The notes under the pieces are model-generated. The model was not told the DNA's origin and made no database searches. It saw nothing but the letters and a program-made list of their open reading frames with translations. From contig JBAZYH010000003.1 of the NCBI GenBank assembly GCA_041659365.1, positions 7,678-71,677 on the forward strand: DNA of 64,000 bases, written 5' to 3'. Origin of the DNA: Minisyncoccota bacterium (GTDB lineage Bacteria; Patescibacteriota; Minisyncoccia; Phycocordibacterales; GWA1-40-21). The position numbers were made by a program, and so were the translations under genes. Positions 10,108 to 20,208 of the stretch are shown here, piece by piece. The first letter of the stretch is position 1. Every line of letters starts with the position of its first letter.

Positions 10108-10215
10108 ATGAAAGTTAATTATTGGATTGCTTTCGGTATCGCAGCAGGTATGTTACTTGCTGGCGGTTTACCTAAAGTAGATGTCAATACGGTGTTGACA
10201 GTTCTTCCTTGGTAG
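10108..10215 (+). CDS. Small hydrophobic membrane peptide (35 aa)
   Basis: Strong RBS AAAGGAGAAAAATG. Single TM helix. Tandem to the previous small ORF. Confidence 0.3.
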   Translation: MKVNYWIAFGIAAGMLLAGGLPKVDVNTVLTVLPW

Positions 10216-10291
10216 GACATAAAATTATAAAACCACACGTCGCGAAGACGATGTGTTTTTACTTTATAAACTTTAAACTTTCACCTTTTAA

Positions 10292-11524
10292 CTAGATAGA
10301 ATTACTAGTAAGTAATTCTATCGCTTTCTCCATCTGTGGGTCTTTACCATCCTTTAAATCTTTTTCTGTGAATTTTACTTCATAATCTGGGGTAAGTCCT
10401 CCATCTGAGATAGATATTCCATTTGGTGTGAACCATCTAGCTATTGTAACCTTTAAAGATGTCTCCGGAGTGATTTTAATAACTTCTTGAACCGAACCTT
10501 TACCGAAAGTCTTTGTACCAACAAGTTTTGCTATTTTATATTCTTGCAATGCCCCCGCAAGTATTTCTGAGGCAGAAGCGGAACCTTCATCTACAAGAAT
10601 AATCATTTTTAACTTATCATTAAATACATCATATCCTTTACTTCTGTAAACAGTTTCTTCCTTCCCTGCCCCAAAATTTTCTCTTACAATCGTTTTACCA
10701 AGTGGGAGGTACCAACTTGCCATACTTACTGCAGCCTCAAGATAGCCACCTGGGTTACCTCTTAGATCTAGAACGAGCCCTGTCTTTTTTGAGAGTATAA
10801 ATTCTCTAATAGCTTCTTTGAATTTTTCAGGAGATGTAGCATAAAAATTATATAATTTTATTATGAAAATATCATCTTTTATCTCAGTATCTATTGTTGG
10901 AACATCTATAATTCCTCTAGTTATTTTTATTTCTATTGGTTCAGTATTTCCTTCTCTTGCAAATTTAATAGTTACAACAGTACCAGCTTTCCCTCTAATA
11001 AGCTTCACCGCTTTGTCTACAGATATTCCAGCCGCGCTTTCTCCATCTATAGATAAAATTATGTCACCTTTTTTTACGCCAGCATTATATGAGGGTGTAC
11101 CTTTTAGAGGTGAAACCACGACAAGATTTTTATCTTTTATAGCAAGCTCCATTCCTACACCCTCAAAGTTGCCACTAATGTCTGTTTCAAAATTCTTACT
11201 TTCTTCTGGTGGCATAAAAACTGTATAAGGGTCACCATAAGAAGCTGTGAGTCCTTCTATTGCTCCCCAAAGTTTACCCTGGTCATCTATTTTTTTTGCA
11301 TCTTTTTTTGTATATACGAACTTATCATCGAGAGTTTTCCATACAAGCCAAAAAGGTTCTAGATTGATTGTTGTAGAGGCATTGTTGTTTGCGCTTATTA
11401 TATTTAGGCTTCTGTTGCTTGGGTTATTGCTTTTTCCTAGATAAAATCCAGCCAAAAGAGCAGTGATTAAAAGTACAGTAAAAATTGATACTACTTTGTA
11501 GTTTTTATAATAATTATTATTCAT
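10292..11524 (-). CDS. ctp: Carboxy-terminal processing protease (S41, tail-specific protease) with PDZ domain
   Basis: PDZ segment, then GNPGGYLEAAVSMASWYL and LVDEGSASASEILAGALQE...TFGKGSVQ S41 catalytic blocks. N-terminal TM. Confidence 0.85.
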   Translation of the reverse strand: MNNNYYKNYKVVSIFTVLLITALLAGFYLGKSNNPSNRSLNIISANNNASTTINLEPFWLVWKTLDDKFVYTKKDAKKIDDQGKLWGAIEGLTASYGDPYTVFMPPEESKNFETDISGNFEGVGMELAIKDKNLVVVSPLKGTPSYNAGVKKGDIILSIDGESAAGISVDKAVKLIRGKAGTVVTIKFAREGNTEPIEIKITRGIIDVPTIDTEIKDDIFIIKLYNFYATSPEKFKEAIREFILSKKTGLVLDLRGNPGGYLEAAVSMASWYLPLGKTIVRENFGAGKEETVYRSKGYDVFNDKLKMIILVDEGSASASEILAGALQEYKIAKLVGTKTFGKGSVQEVIKITPETSLKVTIARWFTPNGISISDGGLTPDYEVKFTEKDLKDGKDPQMEKAIELLTSNSI

Positions 11525-11727
11525 TCACACAATTATCTCAAAATAAAAGCTGTGGGTCAAACTTAGTTTAAAGTTTATAAAGTTCATAAAGTAAAAAGTA
11601 ATATAATTAATACCTTACAAACTTTATGAACTTTCAACTTATACAGCTTGTTATCATTCAAATAAGATATATAATATAATACATATTATATGTGTAATGT
11701 TAGTTTCATTTTATTTAAAATTAAAAG

Positions 11728-12642
11728 ATGATTAAAAAAAATACAAACAAATTAATAACTTGGGTTGATGTAGAAAATCCAACAACAGAAGAAATACGTT
11801 CTTTGATGGAAGAATTTAATTTAACTCCTAGCGTTGCAAGAGAGCTTCAATTGCCTACTTACAAACAAAAAATATCTTTTTATAATGATTATTTATATAT
11901 GGTGATGCATTTCCCTGCTTTTAGACACTCACACAAAGGAGGTGAAGATCAAGAGATAGATTTTATTGTTGGAAAGAATTTTATAATAACAACTAGATAT
12001 GAACAAATAGATGCTTTAGAGAAATTCTCTAAAGATTTTGAAGTAAATAATATTCTTGATAAAGGAATTATGGAAGATAATGCTGGTTATGTGCTTTATT
12101 ATATTATCAAAGAGCTCTATAAAGCTATGTCAGACGAAATAGATAGTATTAAAGATAGTCTTAAGATTATTGAAGATAAAATATTTAAAGGTGAGGAGAA
12201 GGAAATGGTTACAGAAATATCTAAGACAAACCATAAACTTATAAATATTAATCGCACAATACTTTCACATAAGGAAGTTCTTGAATCTTTAGAAAAAACC
12301 GGGGAGAATATTTTTGGTAATAATTTTGTAGAGAATTTTTCTAAGATATTAAATGAATATTATAGAATAGAAAGTAATCTAAAAAGTGATATAGAATTGT
12401 TAAGTGGAATCAGAGGGACGAACGACTCTCTTCTTTCATCAAAACAAAACGGAACAATGAAGATTCTCACGATTATTACCTTTCTCGCCTTACCTTTTTC
12501 TGTAATAACAGGATTTTTTCAGATGAATACAAAAAATACTCCCCTTGTTGGATCAAATTATGATTGGCAAATAGTTGTTGTAACCGAGATAATAGTTGTT
12601 ATACTACTTTTTATTTTGGTTAAGATTAAAAAGTGGATGTAA
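11728..12642 (+). CDS. CorA-family divalent cation transporter (QMN variant of the GMN motif)
   Basis: Soluble N-domain, then two C-terminal TM helices flanking FFQMNTKN, the position of the CorA YGMN signature. Confidence 0.55.
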   Translation: MIKKNTNKLITWVDVENPTTEEIRSLMEEFNLTPSVARELQLPTYKQKISFYNDYLYMVMHFPAFRHSHKGGEDQEIDFIVGKNFIITTRYEQIDALEKFSKDFEVNNILDKGIMEDNAGYVLYYIIKELYKAMSDEIDSIKDSLKIIEDKIFKGEEKEMVTEISKTNHKLININRTILSHKEVLESLEKTGENIFGNNFVENFSKILNEYYRIESNLKSDIELLSGIRGTNDSLLSSKQNGTMKILTIITFLALPFSVITGFFQMNTKNTPLVGSNYDWQIVVVTEIIVVILLFILVKIKKWM

Positions 12643-12646
12643 AAAC

Positions 12647-14047
12647 ATGATAGACAAATCTCTGTATTTATATAATACCCTCACAAGAAATAAAGATATT
12701 TTTAAACCTATAAAAGAGGGTGAAGTGGGTTTATATACTTGTGGACCAACAGTCTACAACTTTCCCCATATTGGTAATATGCGCACTTATATCTTTGAGG
12801 ATCTTTTGAAGAGAGTTTTACAATACAATGGTTATAAGGTTAAACATATCATGAATATCACTGACGTAGGGCACCTTACAAATGACCAAGATATGGGTGA
12901 AGACAAGATAGAAAAGGAAGCAAAAAAGGAAGGTAAAACGGCTTGGGATATTGCAGAATTTTACACAGAAGCTTTTAAAAAAGATTTGGGTTATTTAAAT
13001 ATAATTTATCCAGACATATTTTGTAAGGCTACGGATAATATAAAAGAGCAAATAGATCTTATTCTAAAACTTGAAGAAAAAGGTTATACATACAAGACTA
13101 GTGATGGAATATATTTTGATACTTCAAAAGTTTCCGACTACACAAAACTTTCAGGACAAAAAATAGACCAACTCAGAGAAGGTGCCCGTGTAGAAATAAA
13201 TAATGAAAAGAAAAATCCAACAGACTTTGCTCTTTGGAAATTTTCACCAAAAGATACTGTAAGACAAATGGAATGGCCAAGTCCATACGGTGTTGGTTTC
13301 CCTGGATGGCATATAGAATGTTCTGCTATGAGTATGAAGTATCTTGGCGAACAGTTTGATATTCATTGCGGAGGTATAGATCATGTAAATATTCATCATA
13401 CAAATGAGATAGCTCAAACTGAATCTGCTACTGGTAAAAAACCATGGGTAAACTATTGGATACATGGAGCATTTTTAAATATTAAAGACGGAGAAAAGAT
13501 GGCAAAGAGTAGCGGGAATTTTCTTACTGTAGAGAGTACTTTTGTTAATAAAAATATTAATCCCCTAGTTTATCGTTTCTCTACACTCAATACTCATTAT
13601 AGGAAATCTATGGAGTGGAGTGAAGAAATAATGAATTCTGCTAAAAATGGACTCGAGAATCTTTATTCAAAAATAAGTAAACTTGGTAAAACAGTTGGAA
13701 AAGTAAATGAAGAGTGGAAAGAAAAGTTTACCTCTGCTATTAATGATGATTTGAATATTTCACAAGCTATTGGGATACTCAACGAAATGCTTAAGTCTGA
13801 TATTTCAAATGAAGATAAGTTTGCTACGGCGTTAGATTTTGATAAAGTTTTTGGATTAAAGTTTGACTCTATTAAGGATGAAGTAAAAGTAGAAATTCCA
13901 GAAGAAGTTAAAAAACTTGTAGAAGAGAGAGAGGAAGCTAGAAAGGCTAAAGATTGGGCTAAATCTGACGAAATTAGGGCGAAAATAGCTACTTTGGGGT
14001 ATGAAGTGAAGGATATGAAAGAGGGACCCAAAATAGTTATAAAGTAG
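12647..14047 (+). CDS. cysS: Cysteinyl-tRNA synthetase
   Basis: [20 protein letters not shown] (HIGH region) and KMAKSSGN (KMSKS). The likely true start is the ATG at 12647, in frame with track ORF 12596 but downstream of the corA-like stop. Confidence 0.9.
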   Translation: MIDKSLYLYNTLTRNKDIFKPIKEGEVGLYTCGPTVYNFPHIGNMRTYIFEDLLKRVLQYNGYKVKHIMNITDVGHLTNDQDMGEDKIEKEAKKEGKTAWDIAEFYTEAFKKDLGYLNIIYPDIFCKATDNIKEQIDLILKLEEKGYTYKTSDGIYFDTSKVSDYTKLSGQKIDQLREGARVEINNEKKNPTDFALWKFSPKDTVRQMEWPSPYGVGFPGWHIECSAMSMKYLGEQFDIHCGGIDHVNIHHTNEIAQTESATGKKPWVNYWIHGAFLNIKDGEKMAKSSGNFLTVESTFVNKNINPLVYRFSTLNTHYRKSMEWSEEIMNSAKNGLENLYSKISKLGKTVGKVNEEWKEKFTSAINDDLNISQAIGILNEMLKSDISNEDKFATALDFDKVFGLKFDSIKDEVKVEIPEEVKKLVEEREEARKAKDWAKSDEIRAKIATLGYEVKDMKEGPKIVIK

Positions 14048-14170
14048 AAAGTTCATAAAGTTTGTAAAGTATTAAAATGCAAAAAATTGACACTATAAAT
14101 ATATGATATATAGTTTATTTAGAATGTTTGTAAACAGTGGTAATAAGCCACAGAAAGAATAAGGTGAAAG

Positions 14171-14437
14171 ATGTCAACAAAACCATTACCTTTTCATGAG
14201 TCAGTCGTACTTGCAATAAGAGATTGCCCTCATGGAAGCAGGTTTGAGATAGCTACATTATTAGAACTCATTAAAGGGACTATAATACCAAAAGGTCACG
14301 ACAAAATCATCAAGGCTATTGATGATCACTATGATTTTCTTGAGAAAAAATTGTGTGAGGATGAAATTCGCGAAGTTAAAGAACACCTTCTTGCTCAGAA
14401 AAAAATGAGTGAACAGAAACCTTCTGCCAAAAGTTGA
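14171..14437 (+). CDS. Hypothetical protein (88 aa)
   Basis: ORF with RBS AAGGTGAAAG. No recognisable motif. Confidence 0.35.
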   Translation: MSTKPLPFHESVVLAIRDCPHGSRFEIATLLELIKGTIIPKGHDKIIKAIDDHYDFLEKKLCEDEIREVKEHLLAQKKMSEQKPSAKS

Positions 14438-14617
14438 GCAAATAATGACCCACTTTCTCAATCCAGGAAACCCCTGTCGAGAGATGGTGGGTTTTCTTTT
14501 TATCAATATTCAACATTCACTATTTTATATTCTCCCCCAAGCTCTCCACAATTTAAACACAGATTATCCTTACTTTCATCATTGCAGTTTCTTTCTACAC
14601 CATGATAAAATAGGCCA

Positions 14618-15976
14618 ATGGTAACAGAAATGAGAAAAATAAATGTTCGTATTCCACCTCAAAATGTTGAGTCGGAAAGAGCCTTGCTTGGTTCTATAAT
14701 GCTCCGTCCTGAAGCTCTTGTGGAAATAATGGACATACTTCGTCCTGAAGCTTTTTATTCTGAAAAACACAAAACTATTTTTGTGGGAATGACAGATCTT
14801 TATGAAAAAAGAGATCCTATAGATTTTCTTACTCTCTCTTCAAAACTTAAAGAAAAAGGTGAGCTTGAACGTATTGGTGGCATGAGTTATCTTACAGAAA
14901 TTGTAAACACAGTTCCCTCTTCTTCAAATGCTGAACACTATGCTGCTATAGTTCAAAAGAAATTCACAATGCGTAGGCTTATAGAAGCCGCTGAAGGTAT
15001 AGCTACCCTAGGATATGATGAAGAAAATGAAATCGAAGAAGTTTTAGATAAAGCTGAAAAAAGAATATATGATGTTACTAGTAAAAACCTTTCTGGAAAA
15101 TATGTAGAGATGAAAGATGTTTTGGGTGAAGCAATGGATCGTTTAGATAGACTTCATAAAACCCAAGGTGAGCTCCGTGGAGTACCTAGCGGTTTCAAAG
15201 ATCTTGATGCCAAGCTTTCTGGTTTTCAAAATTCTGACCTTATTATTCTAGCTGCTCGACCTTCCATGGGAAAAACTTCCTTTGCTCTTGATATTGCGAG
15301 AAACGCAGCTATAAGACATAGTATTCCTACCGCTATTTTTTCTCTTGAAATGAGCACACAACAGCTTGTAGATAGAATGCTTTCTGCTGAGTCTCGTGTT
15401 GACTCTTGGAAGCTTCGTACGGGTAAGCTTACTCTCGATACAGAGTTCGAACAGATTCGTGCATGTCTTGACCCTCTTTCAAAGGCACCTCTCTATATAG
15501 ATGATCAAGCTGCAAACAATATTATTAAAATTCGTTCAATTGTACGAAGACTTAAGCATGAGAAAAAACTCGGGCTTGTGATCATAGATTATTTACAGCT
15601 CATGACACCTGTTCATAGTAAAGGTAATGATAACGTCGTTCAACAAATAACAGAGATTTCCCACTCACTTAAACAGCTTGCTAAAGAGTTTGATGTACCC
15701 GTCATTGCCCTTTCACAGCTTTCAAGAGCTGTTGAACAAAGAGGTGGAAGACCTAGACTTTCAGACTTGAGAGATTCTGGTTCTATTGAGCAGGATGCCG
15801 ATGTTGTTATATTTATTCACAGAGAAATGAATGAAGAAGGTGGTGGAAGAAAACAAACAGCAGAAATACTTATAGAAAAGCACAGAAACGGTCCTACAGG
15901 TAAAGTTGAGTTATACTTTGATCAAGATAAGACTTCTTTCCTTTCGATAGATAAAGCAGACTTCGGGGACTTTTGA
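14618..15976 (+). CDS. dnaB: Replicative DNA helicase DnaB
   Basis: N-terminal ERALLGSIM, a Walker A-like SMGKTSFAL, and RecA-like C-domain motifs. Length 452 aa. Confidence 0.9.
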   Translation: MVTEMRKINVRIPPQNVESERALLGSIMLRPEALVEIMDILRPEAFYSEKHKTIFVGMTDLYEKRDPIDFLTLSSKLKEKGELERIGGMSYLTEIVNTVPSSSNAEHYAAIVQKKFTMRRLIEAAEGIATLGYDEENEIEEVLDKAEKRIYDVTSKNLSGKYVEMKDVLGEAMDRLDRLHKTQGELRGVPSGFKDLDAKLSGFQNSDLIILAARPSMGKTSFALDIARNAAIRHSIPTAIFSLEMSTQQLVDRMLSAESRVDSWKLRTGKLTLDTEFEQIRACLDPLSKAPLYIDDQAANNIIKIRSIVRRLKHEKKLGLVIIDYLQLMTPVHSKGNDNVVQQITEISHSLKQLAKEFDVPVIALSQLSRAVEQRGGRPRLSDLRDSGSIEQDADVVIFIHREMNEEGGGRKQTAEILIEKHRNGPTGKVELYFDQDKTSFLSIDKADFGDF

Positions 15977-16055
15977 TCCAGCAGGATCATGTCGCGTAGT
16001 GTCCATTGAAACGCGACATAAACTAATAGACAATTTCCTTTAATGCATTAAAACA

Positions 16056-16134
16056 AACCTGGATTACGACGCTTTGCTCGTAATGACAGAAAAGTGAGTT
16101 GTCTTTGCGAGGTAATCCGTCGCAAACCAGGTTA
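16056..16134. repeat. Family-C composite element
   Basis: AACCTGGATTACGACGCTTTGCTCGTAATGACAG ... TCTTTGCGAGGTAATCCGTCGCAAACCAGGTT. Confidence 0.55.
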
Positions 16135-16160
16135 ATTGTATAGAGATTAAATAAAATTAG

Positions 16161-16778
16161 ATGAATTCCATAGATAAACTTATAAGAATATTTTCAGAAT
16201 TTCCTGGAATAGGACCAAAGCAAGCGAGAAGGTTTGTCTACTTTCTTATTACAAGACATGAAGGTTATATTGAAGAATTTAAAAGAGAGATAACTGAGCT
16301 TAGGAATGAAATAGAAACTTGTATTGATTGTAAAAGATATTTTTCCAAAGGAACAAATAATAAAAATATTTGTAGTATTTGCGGTGACCCTACTCGTGAT
16401 AATAGTCAGCTTATGATAGTAAGCAGAGATATAGATTTTGAGAACATTGAAAAAAGTCATTTCTTTAATGGTAAATATTTTATTCTTGGAGGTGTTGTAC
16501 CAATACTTGATAAAAATCCAGAACAAAGGATTCGTCTAAAAGAACTTTTAAATCTTGTTGGTAGAATGTCAGAAAATGGATTGAAAGAAATAATAATGGG
16601 TCTTGATGCAAATTCTGAAGGTGAATATACAACCGAGATTATTAAAAATAATCTATCCCCTATTGTCACAAAATATAATATAAAAATATCAGAGCTTGGT
16701 CGTGGACTTTCTACAGGTACCGAGCTTGAATATTCTGATTCGGAGACTATTAAGAATGCATTGAAGAATAGGAGCTAG
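16161..16778 (+). CDS. recR: Recombination protein RecR
   Basis: HhH motif FPGIGPKQARRF, a C4 zinc finger CIDCKRYFSKGTNNKNICSIC, and a Toprim region. Confidence 0.9.
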   Translation: MNSIDKLIRIFSEFPGIGPKQARRFVYFLITRHEGYIEEFKREITELRNEIETCIDCKRYFSKGTNNKNICSICGDPTRDNSQLMIVSRDIDFENIEKSHFFNGKYFILGGVVPILDKNPEQRIRLKELLNLVGRMSENGLKEIIMGLDANSEGEYTTEIIKNNLSPIVTKYNIKISELGRGLSTGTELEYSDSETIKNALKNRS

Positions 16779-17008
16779 TCTGTCGCGGACAAGACGCGGA
16801 AAAATACAAAAAAAGATTCAGGATTTATGAATATTGCAAAAATCTTTAATAAATAAAGTTTAAAATCATGTTTTAGGTACACACATTTGTCACCTACAAT
16901 CCTACCATTTCATGCTGATACTTACGGCTATTGTGATGGTGGATATTGGTATGAATAATATGTCAGTGGTGGCGGTGACCTTTAATTTGTAGAGATGATT
17001 TGTTTGTG

Positions 17009-17046
17009 ACCCCGAAGTTCGCCATGGCGAACTTCGGGGTTTTAAT
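17009..17046 (+). terminator. Strong rho-independent terminator
   Basis: GACCCCGAAGTTCGCCATGGCGAACTTCGGGGTTTT is a 13-bp perfect stem plus a T-run. Confidence 0.8.
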
Positions 17047-17238
17047 TTTTCTTAAATCTTGCCTGCCCGACTGAACAACAAAAATATTCAGTCGTTCAGG
17101 CGGGAATCTTAAATCATGAATCTACCTTTTTCTTTTTACCACCTTCTTTATAAACTCCATGAAAAGTTTGATATATAGTTTTATCCTTGCTATGATAAAA
17201 AAAGAGGTTCTAAACAAGCAAAGAAAGGTGGAGGGTTC

Positions 17239-17523
17239 ATGCCAAACATTGTGATGGTTGGAATAGATGATGAACAGTTTAGAGGAAGGATTCGACAAAT
17301 TTTGCTCTCTATGGATGATGAAGGTGTTTCAACCGACTCAAGGATTACTAAAAATGTGGGTAGTTCATGTAACGAAATCGTTAATGATGAAAAAACTCAC
17401 TACCTCATTGTTCGGGATACAAACAAGACTAGAGGTGCAAGAATTGCTGTAATACTTTCAGGAAAGCTTAAAATCTATGTAGAAATGGAGGTGCTTGCGG
17501 GTTCTTATCCTTGTGTTAAATGA
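17239..17523 (+). CDS. Hypothetical protein (94 aa)
   Basis: RBS AAAGGTGGAGGG. Followed by terminator 17541-17566. GC content above background. Confidence 0.4.
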   Translation: MPNIVMVGIDDEQFRGRIRQILLSMDDEGVSTDSRITKNVGSSCNEIVNDEKTHYLIVRDTNKTRGARIAVILSGKLKIYVEMEVLAGSYPCVK

Positions 17524-17540
17524 TTGAATCTTTTAAAAAG

Positions 17541-17566
17541 GGTCGCGTGTGTACACGCGACCCTTT
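17541..17566 (+). terminator. Rho-independent terminator
   Basis: GGTCGCGTGTGTACACGCGACC hairpin followed by CTTTT. Confidence 0.75.
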
Positions 17567-17752
17567 TATAATTTATTTTTCTTAAATCCTGAATCTTGAA
17601 TCATAAATCTACCCCTTCCTCTTTACCCGTTAAAGTTTTTGCCGACGTATCTGCTTTAGGTAGATACCGAAAAAATCAAAACTTTGATTTTTTTCATCGG
17701 TAAAAATTTTCTCGGGTGAACTGCCTACTTTATAAACTCTTTAGAAATAGGA

Positions 17753-17781
17753 TTGACTTTTAAAGTATTGTTTACTATTCT
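17753..17781 (+). promoter_or_regulatory. Sigma70-like promoter (TTGACT-17-TATTCT)
   Basis: Lies upstream of the small ORF at 17823. Preceded by a CTTTATAAACTC motif that is also found upstream of ORF 17239. Confidence 0.4.
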
Positions 17782-17822
17782 TTAGAAAGAAAATAGTGTG
17801 ATAAAAACAAAAAGGAGTTGAA

Positions 17823-18065
17823 ATGCAAATCCTGCACACAACCAGAGAAGGTGTTATCGTTGAATTGGATGAAAGTAACGGGAGGATTACTGTTTATAGT
17901 AGTAGTGGAAAACTTAATGTTGTTGTTCCACATAGTAGAGAGATTATTGTTAATGGATATAAAGAAAGAGAGATTGTTTTTAAAGAGAATATTTTACACG
18001 GTTCTAAAGTTGAGGTTGGAACAAAAGATCCTTCAATTGGGGTTGAAATTAGGTTTTGCGGATAA
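17823..18065 (+). CDS. Hypothetical protein (80 aa)
   Basis: RBS AAAAAGGAG. Beta-rich small protein with no recognisable family. Confidence 0.4.
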   Translation: MQILHTTREGVIVELDESNGRITVYSSSGKLNVVVPHSREIIVNGYKEREIVFKENILHGSKVEVGTKDPSIGVEIRFCG

Positions 18066-18099
18066 AAATAAGTCCATAAGTAGAAAAGTTCGCTTTTTA

Positions 18100-19767
18100 C
18101 TAGTGGACTTTTCTTTTGTTTGCCTCCTTTATAAACTCTGTAAAAAGTGGGTGAGGTGCAAGAGGTCTTGCGAGGAATTCTGGGTGGAATTGTGTACCTA
18201 GGAAAAAAGGATGAATTTTTTTAGGAAGCTCGGCTATTTCCATAAGTATTCCATTTGGTGATTTACCTGAAAATACCAAACCTGCATCTGTTATTTTTTT
18301 AATAAACTCTGGGTTAACTTCATATCGGTGTCTGTGTCTTTCTTGTATTATTTCTTTACCATAAGCCTTATAAGCTAAGGTATCTTTTTCTATATGTGCA
18401 CTATAAGAACCAAGTCTCATACTTCCACCGTAGTTACATTCTTCAAGCTTTTTCTTTTGATCTGGCATTATATCTATCACAAGAGAGCTTGAACTTTTAT
18501 CTATTTCTGCAGTATTTGCATCTTTAAGTTTTAGTACATTTCTTGCATATTCAATAACCATAAGTTGCATACCATAACAAAGTCCAAAGTATGGTATTTT
18601 GTGTTCTCTTGCATATTTAATTACAGCAAGCTTCCCTTCTATACCAGATTCTCCAAAACCACCAGGGACGATTATTCCTCCAAATTTATCTAATTCTTTA
18701 AACTTTTTTGCCAAGGACGGTCCTCGACAAGTCTCAAAGTCTCTTGAATTTATAGTGTGGATTTTTGCTTTTATACCAAGTTTATAAGCTGAATATTTGA
18801 TAGCTTCAAGAACAGAAACATAAGCATCAGTAAGAACAAAATCACCTGTATTAAAATATTTTCCAACAATAGCGATGTCTACAGTACCTTTTGTATTTTT
18901 TACACTATTTGCAAATTTAATCCACTCACCTATTCCTGTTCCATTTTTCTTCTCTCTTAGATGAAGTATTTTTAAAAGTATCTTGCTTATATTATCTTTT
19001 TCAAAATTTATTGGAACGTCAAAAACACTTTCAATATCTGGAGCTGAGATTATGTGCTCAACAGGTAAACTACAAGAAATAGCAATCTTTTCTTTTCTTC
19101 TATGATCCATAGGTACTTCGCTTCGAGCAATAATAATATCTGCATTTACTCCATAAGAATTTAGCTGACGAAGAGCATTTTGAGTTGGTTTTGATTTCAT
19201 TTCGCCTAGCGCATGAGGCACTGGCATATAGCTCACCATTACAAAAGCAACATCATTTGGGTATCTGACTTTCATTACTCGAGCAGCCTCTATAAACATT
19301 ATATTTTGATAGTCACCTATTGTGCCACCTATTTCAACTACTGTTATGTCTGACTTGTTTACTTTTGCCGATTTTTCGAATCTGTTGATTATTTCATCTC
19401 GAATATGAGGAATTGCTTCTACGCATTTTCCACCGTATTTAAGAGCTCTCTCTGCCTCTATGACGTGTTTATAGACCATACCTGATGTTATATAGTCATT
19501 ACCAGTTAAGTCTCTATTTAGGAACCTTTCGTAGTTTCCCATGTCCTGATCTGTTTCAAGTCCTGAGTTGAGGACAAACACTTCCCCATGCTCTATTGGG
19601 TTCATAGTACCAGCATCTACATTCAAATATGGGTCAACTTTTAAAAGGTTTACAGGGAAACCCTTAGCTTGTAAAAGAGCACCAATAGATGATGTGGCAA
19701 TACCTTTTCCCACACCGGACATTACCCCCCCAACAACAAAAATATATTTATGGGTTTTGTTTTTCAT
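18100..19767 (-). CDS. pyrG: CTP synthase
   Basis: N-terminal IFVVGGVMSGVGKGIATSSIGALL and a C-terminal class-I glutamine amidotransferase domain (GLCYGMQ). Length 555 aa. Confidence 0.95.
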   Translation of the reverse strand: MKNKTHKYIFVVGGVMSGVGKGIATSSIGALLQAKGFPVNLLKVDPYLNVDAGTMNPIEHGEVFVLNSGLETDQDMGNYERFLNRDLTGNDYITSGMVYKHVIEAERALKYGGKCVEAIPHIRDEIINRFEKSAKVNKSDITVVEIGGTIGDYQNIMFIEAARVMKVRYPNDVAFVMVSYMPVPHALGEMKSKPTQNALRQLNSYGVNADIIIARSEVPMDHRRKEKIAISCSLPVEHIISAPDIESVFDVPINFEKDNISKILLKILHLREKKNGTGIGEWIKFANSVKNTKGTVDIAIVGKYFNTGDFVLTDAYVSVLEAIKYSAYKLGIKAKIHTINSRDFETCRGPSLAKKFKELDKFGGIIVPGGFGESGIEGKLAVIKYAREHKIPYFGLCYGMQLMVIEYARNVLKLKDANTAEIDKSSSSLVIDIMPDQKKKLEECNYGGSMRLGSYSAHIEKDTLAYKAYGKEIIQERHRHRYEVNPEFIKKITDAGLVFSGKSPNGILMEIAELPKKIHPFFLGTQFHPEFLARPLAPHPLFTEFIKEANKRKVH

Positions 19768-19800
19768 AGTTATATTTTAACAAATTAATTAATAAATAAA

Positions 19801-19841
19801 ACAATTATTAAAAATTAAAAAACGCACCTTCGGGGTGCGTC
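19801..19841 (-). terminator. Bidirectional intrinsic terminator (downstream of rplU)
   Basis: ACGCACCTTCGGGGTGCGT hairpin flanked by A/T runs on both sides. Confidence 0.65.
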
Positions 19842-19849
19842 TTTCATCT

Positions 19850-20167
19850 TTATTTTATAGAGTCAATTTTTACTTTGAAGTATGGCTGTCTGTGTCCGTT
19901 TTTCTTGAAGTATCTACTTTTCTGTTTGTAGTGGATGACTGTGACTGTCGGTAGTTTTCCTATTTCTTCTATTGTTGCCTCTACTTTAGCACCGTTTATA
20001 AAAGGTGTACCGATAGTTGTATCCTTACCATTATCTACTAGTAAAACATTTTCAAAAGCAACTTTGTCGCCTTCTTTATAGTCTCCTAAAAGCTTTTCTA
20101 TTTTAATAGAGTCACCCTTAGAAACTTTATATTGTTTACCTCCTGTTTTTATTACTGCAAATTCCAT
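19850..20167 (-). CDS. rplU: 50S ribosomal protein L21
   Basis: MEFAVIKTGGKQYKVSKGD...KRRKHYRKKQGHRQPYTK-like C-terminal region. Confidence 0.9.
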   Translation of the reverse strand: MEFAVIKTGGKQYKVSKGDSIKIEKLLGDYKEGDKVAFENVLLVDNGKDTTIGTPFINGAKVEATIEEIGKLPTVTVIHYKQKSRYFKKNGHRQPYFKVKIDSIK

Positions 20168-20208
20168 AGGATGTATATTACACGATTTTTCAAAAAACGC
20201 AATACTTG

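Noticed and set aside
10863-11228. 121-aa plus-strand ORF inside ctp (also 11247-11444)
   Set aside because: Antisense to the S41 protease gene, and a hydrophobic shadow-ORF typical of AT-rich antisense frames.
13663-14056. Minus-strand ORFs inside cysS (also 13244-13465)
   Set aside because: Antisense to cysS, Ser/Leu/Phe-rich low complexity.
18120-18150. Third CTTTATAAACTC motif as a regulatory element
   Set aside because: It lies inside the 3' end of pyrG (it encodes …EFIK…) and lacks the flanking family-E repeat. Probably coincidental.
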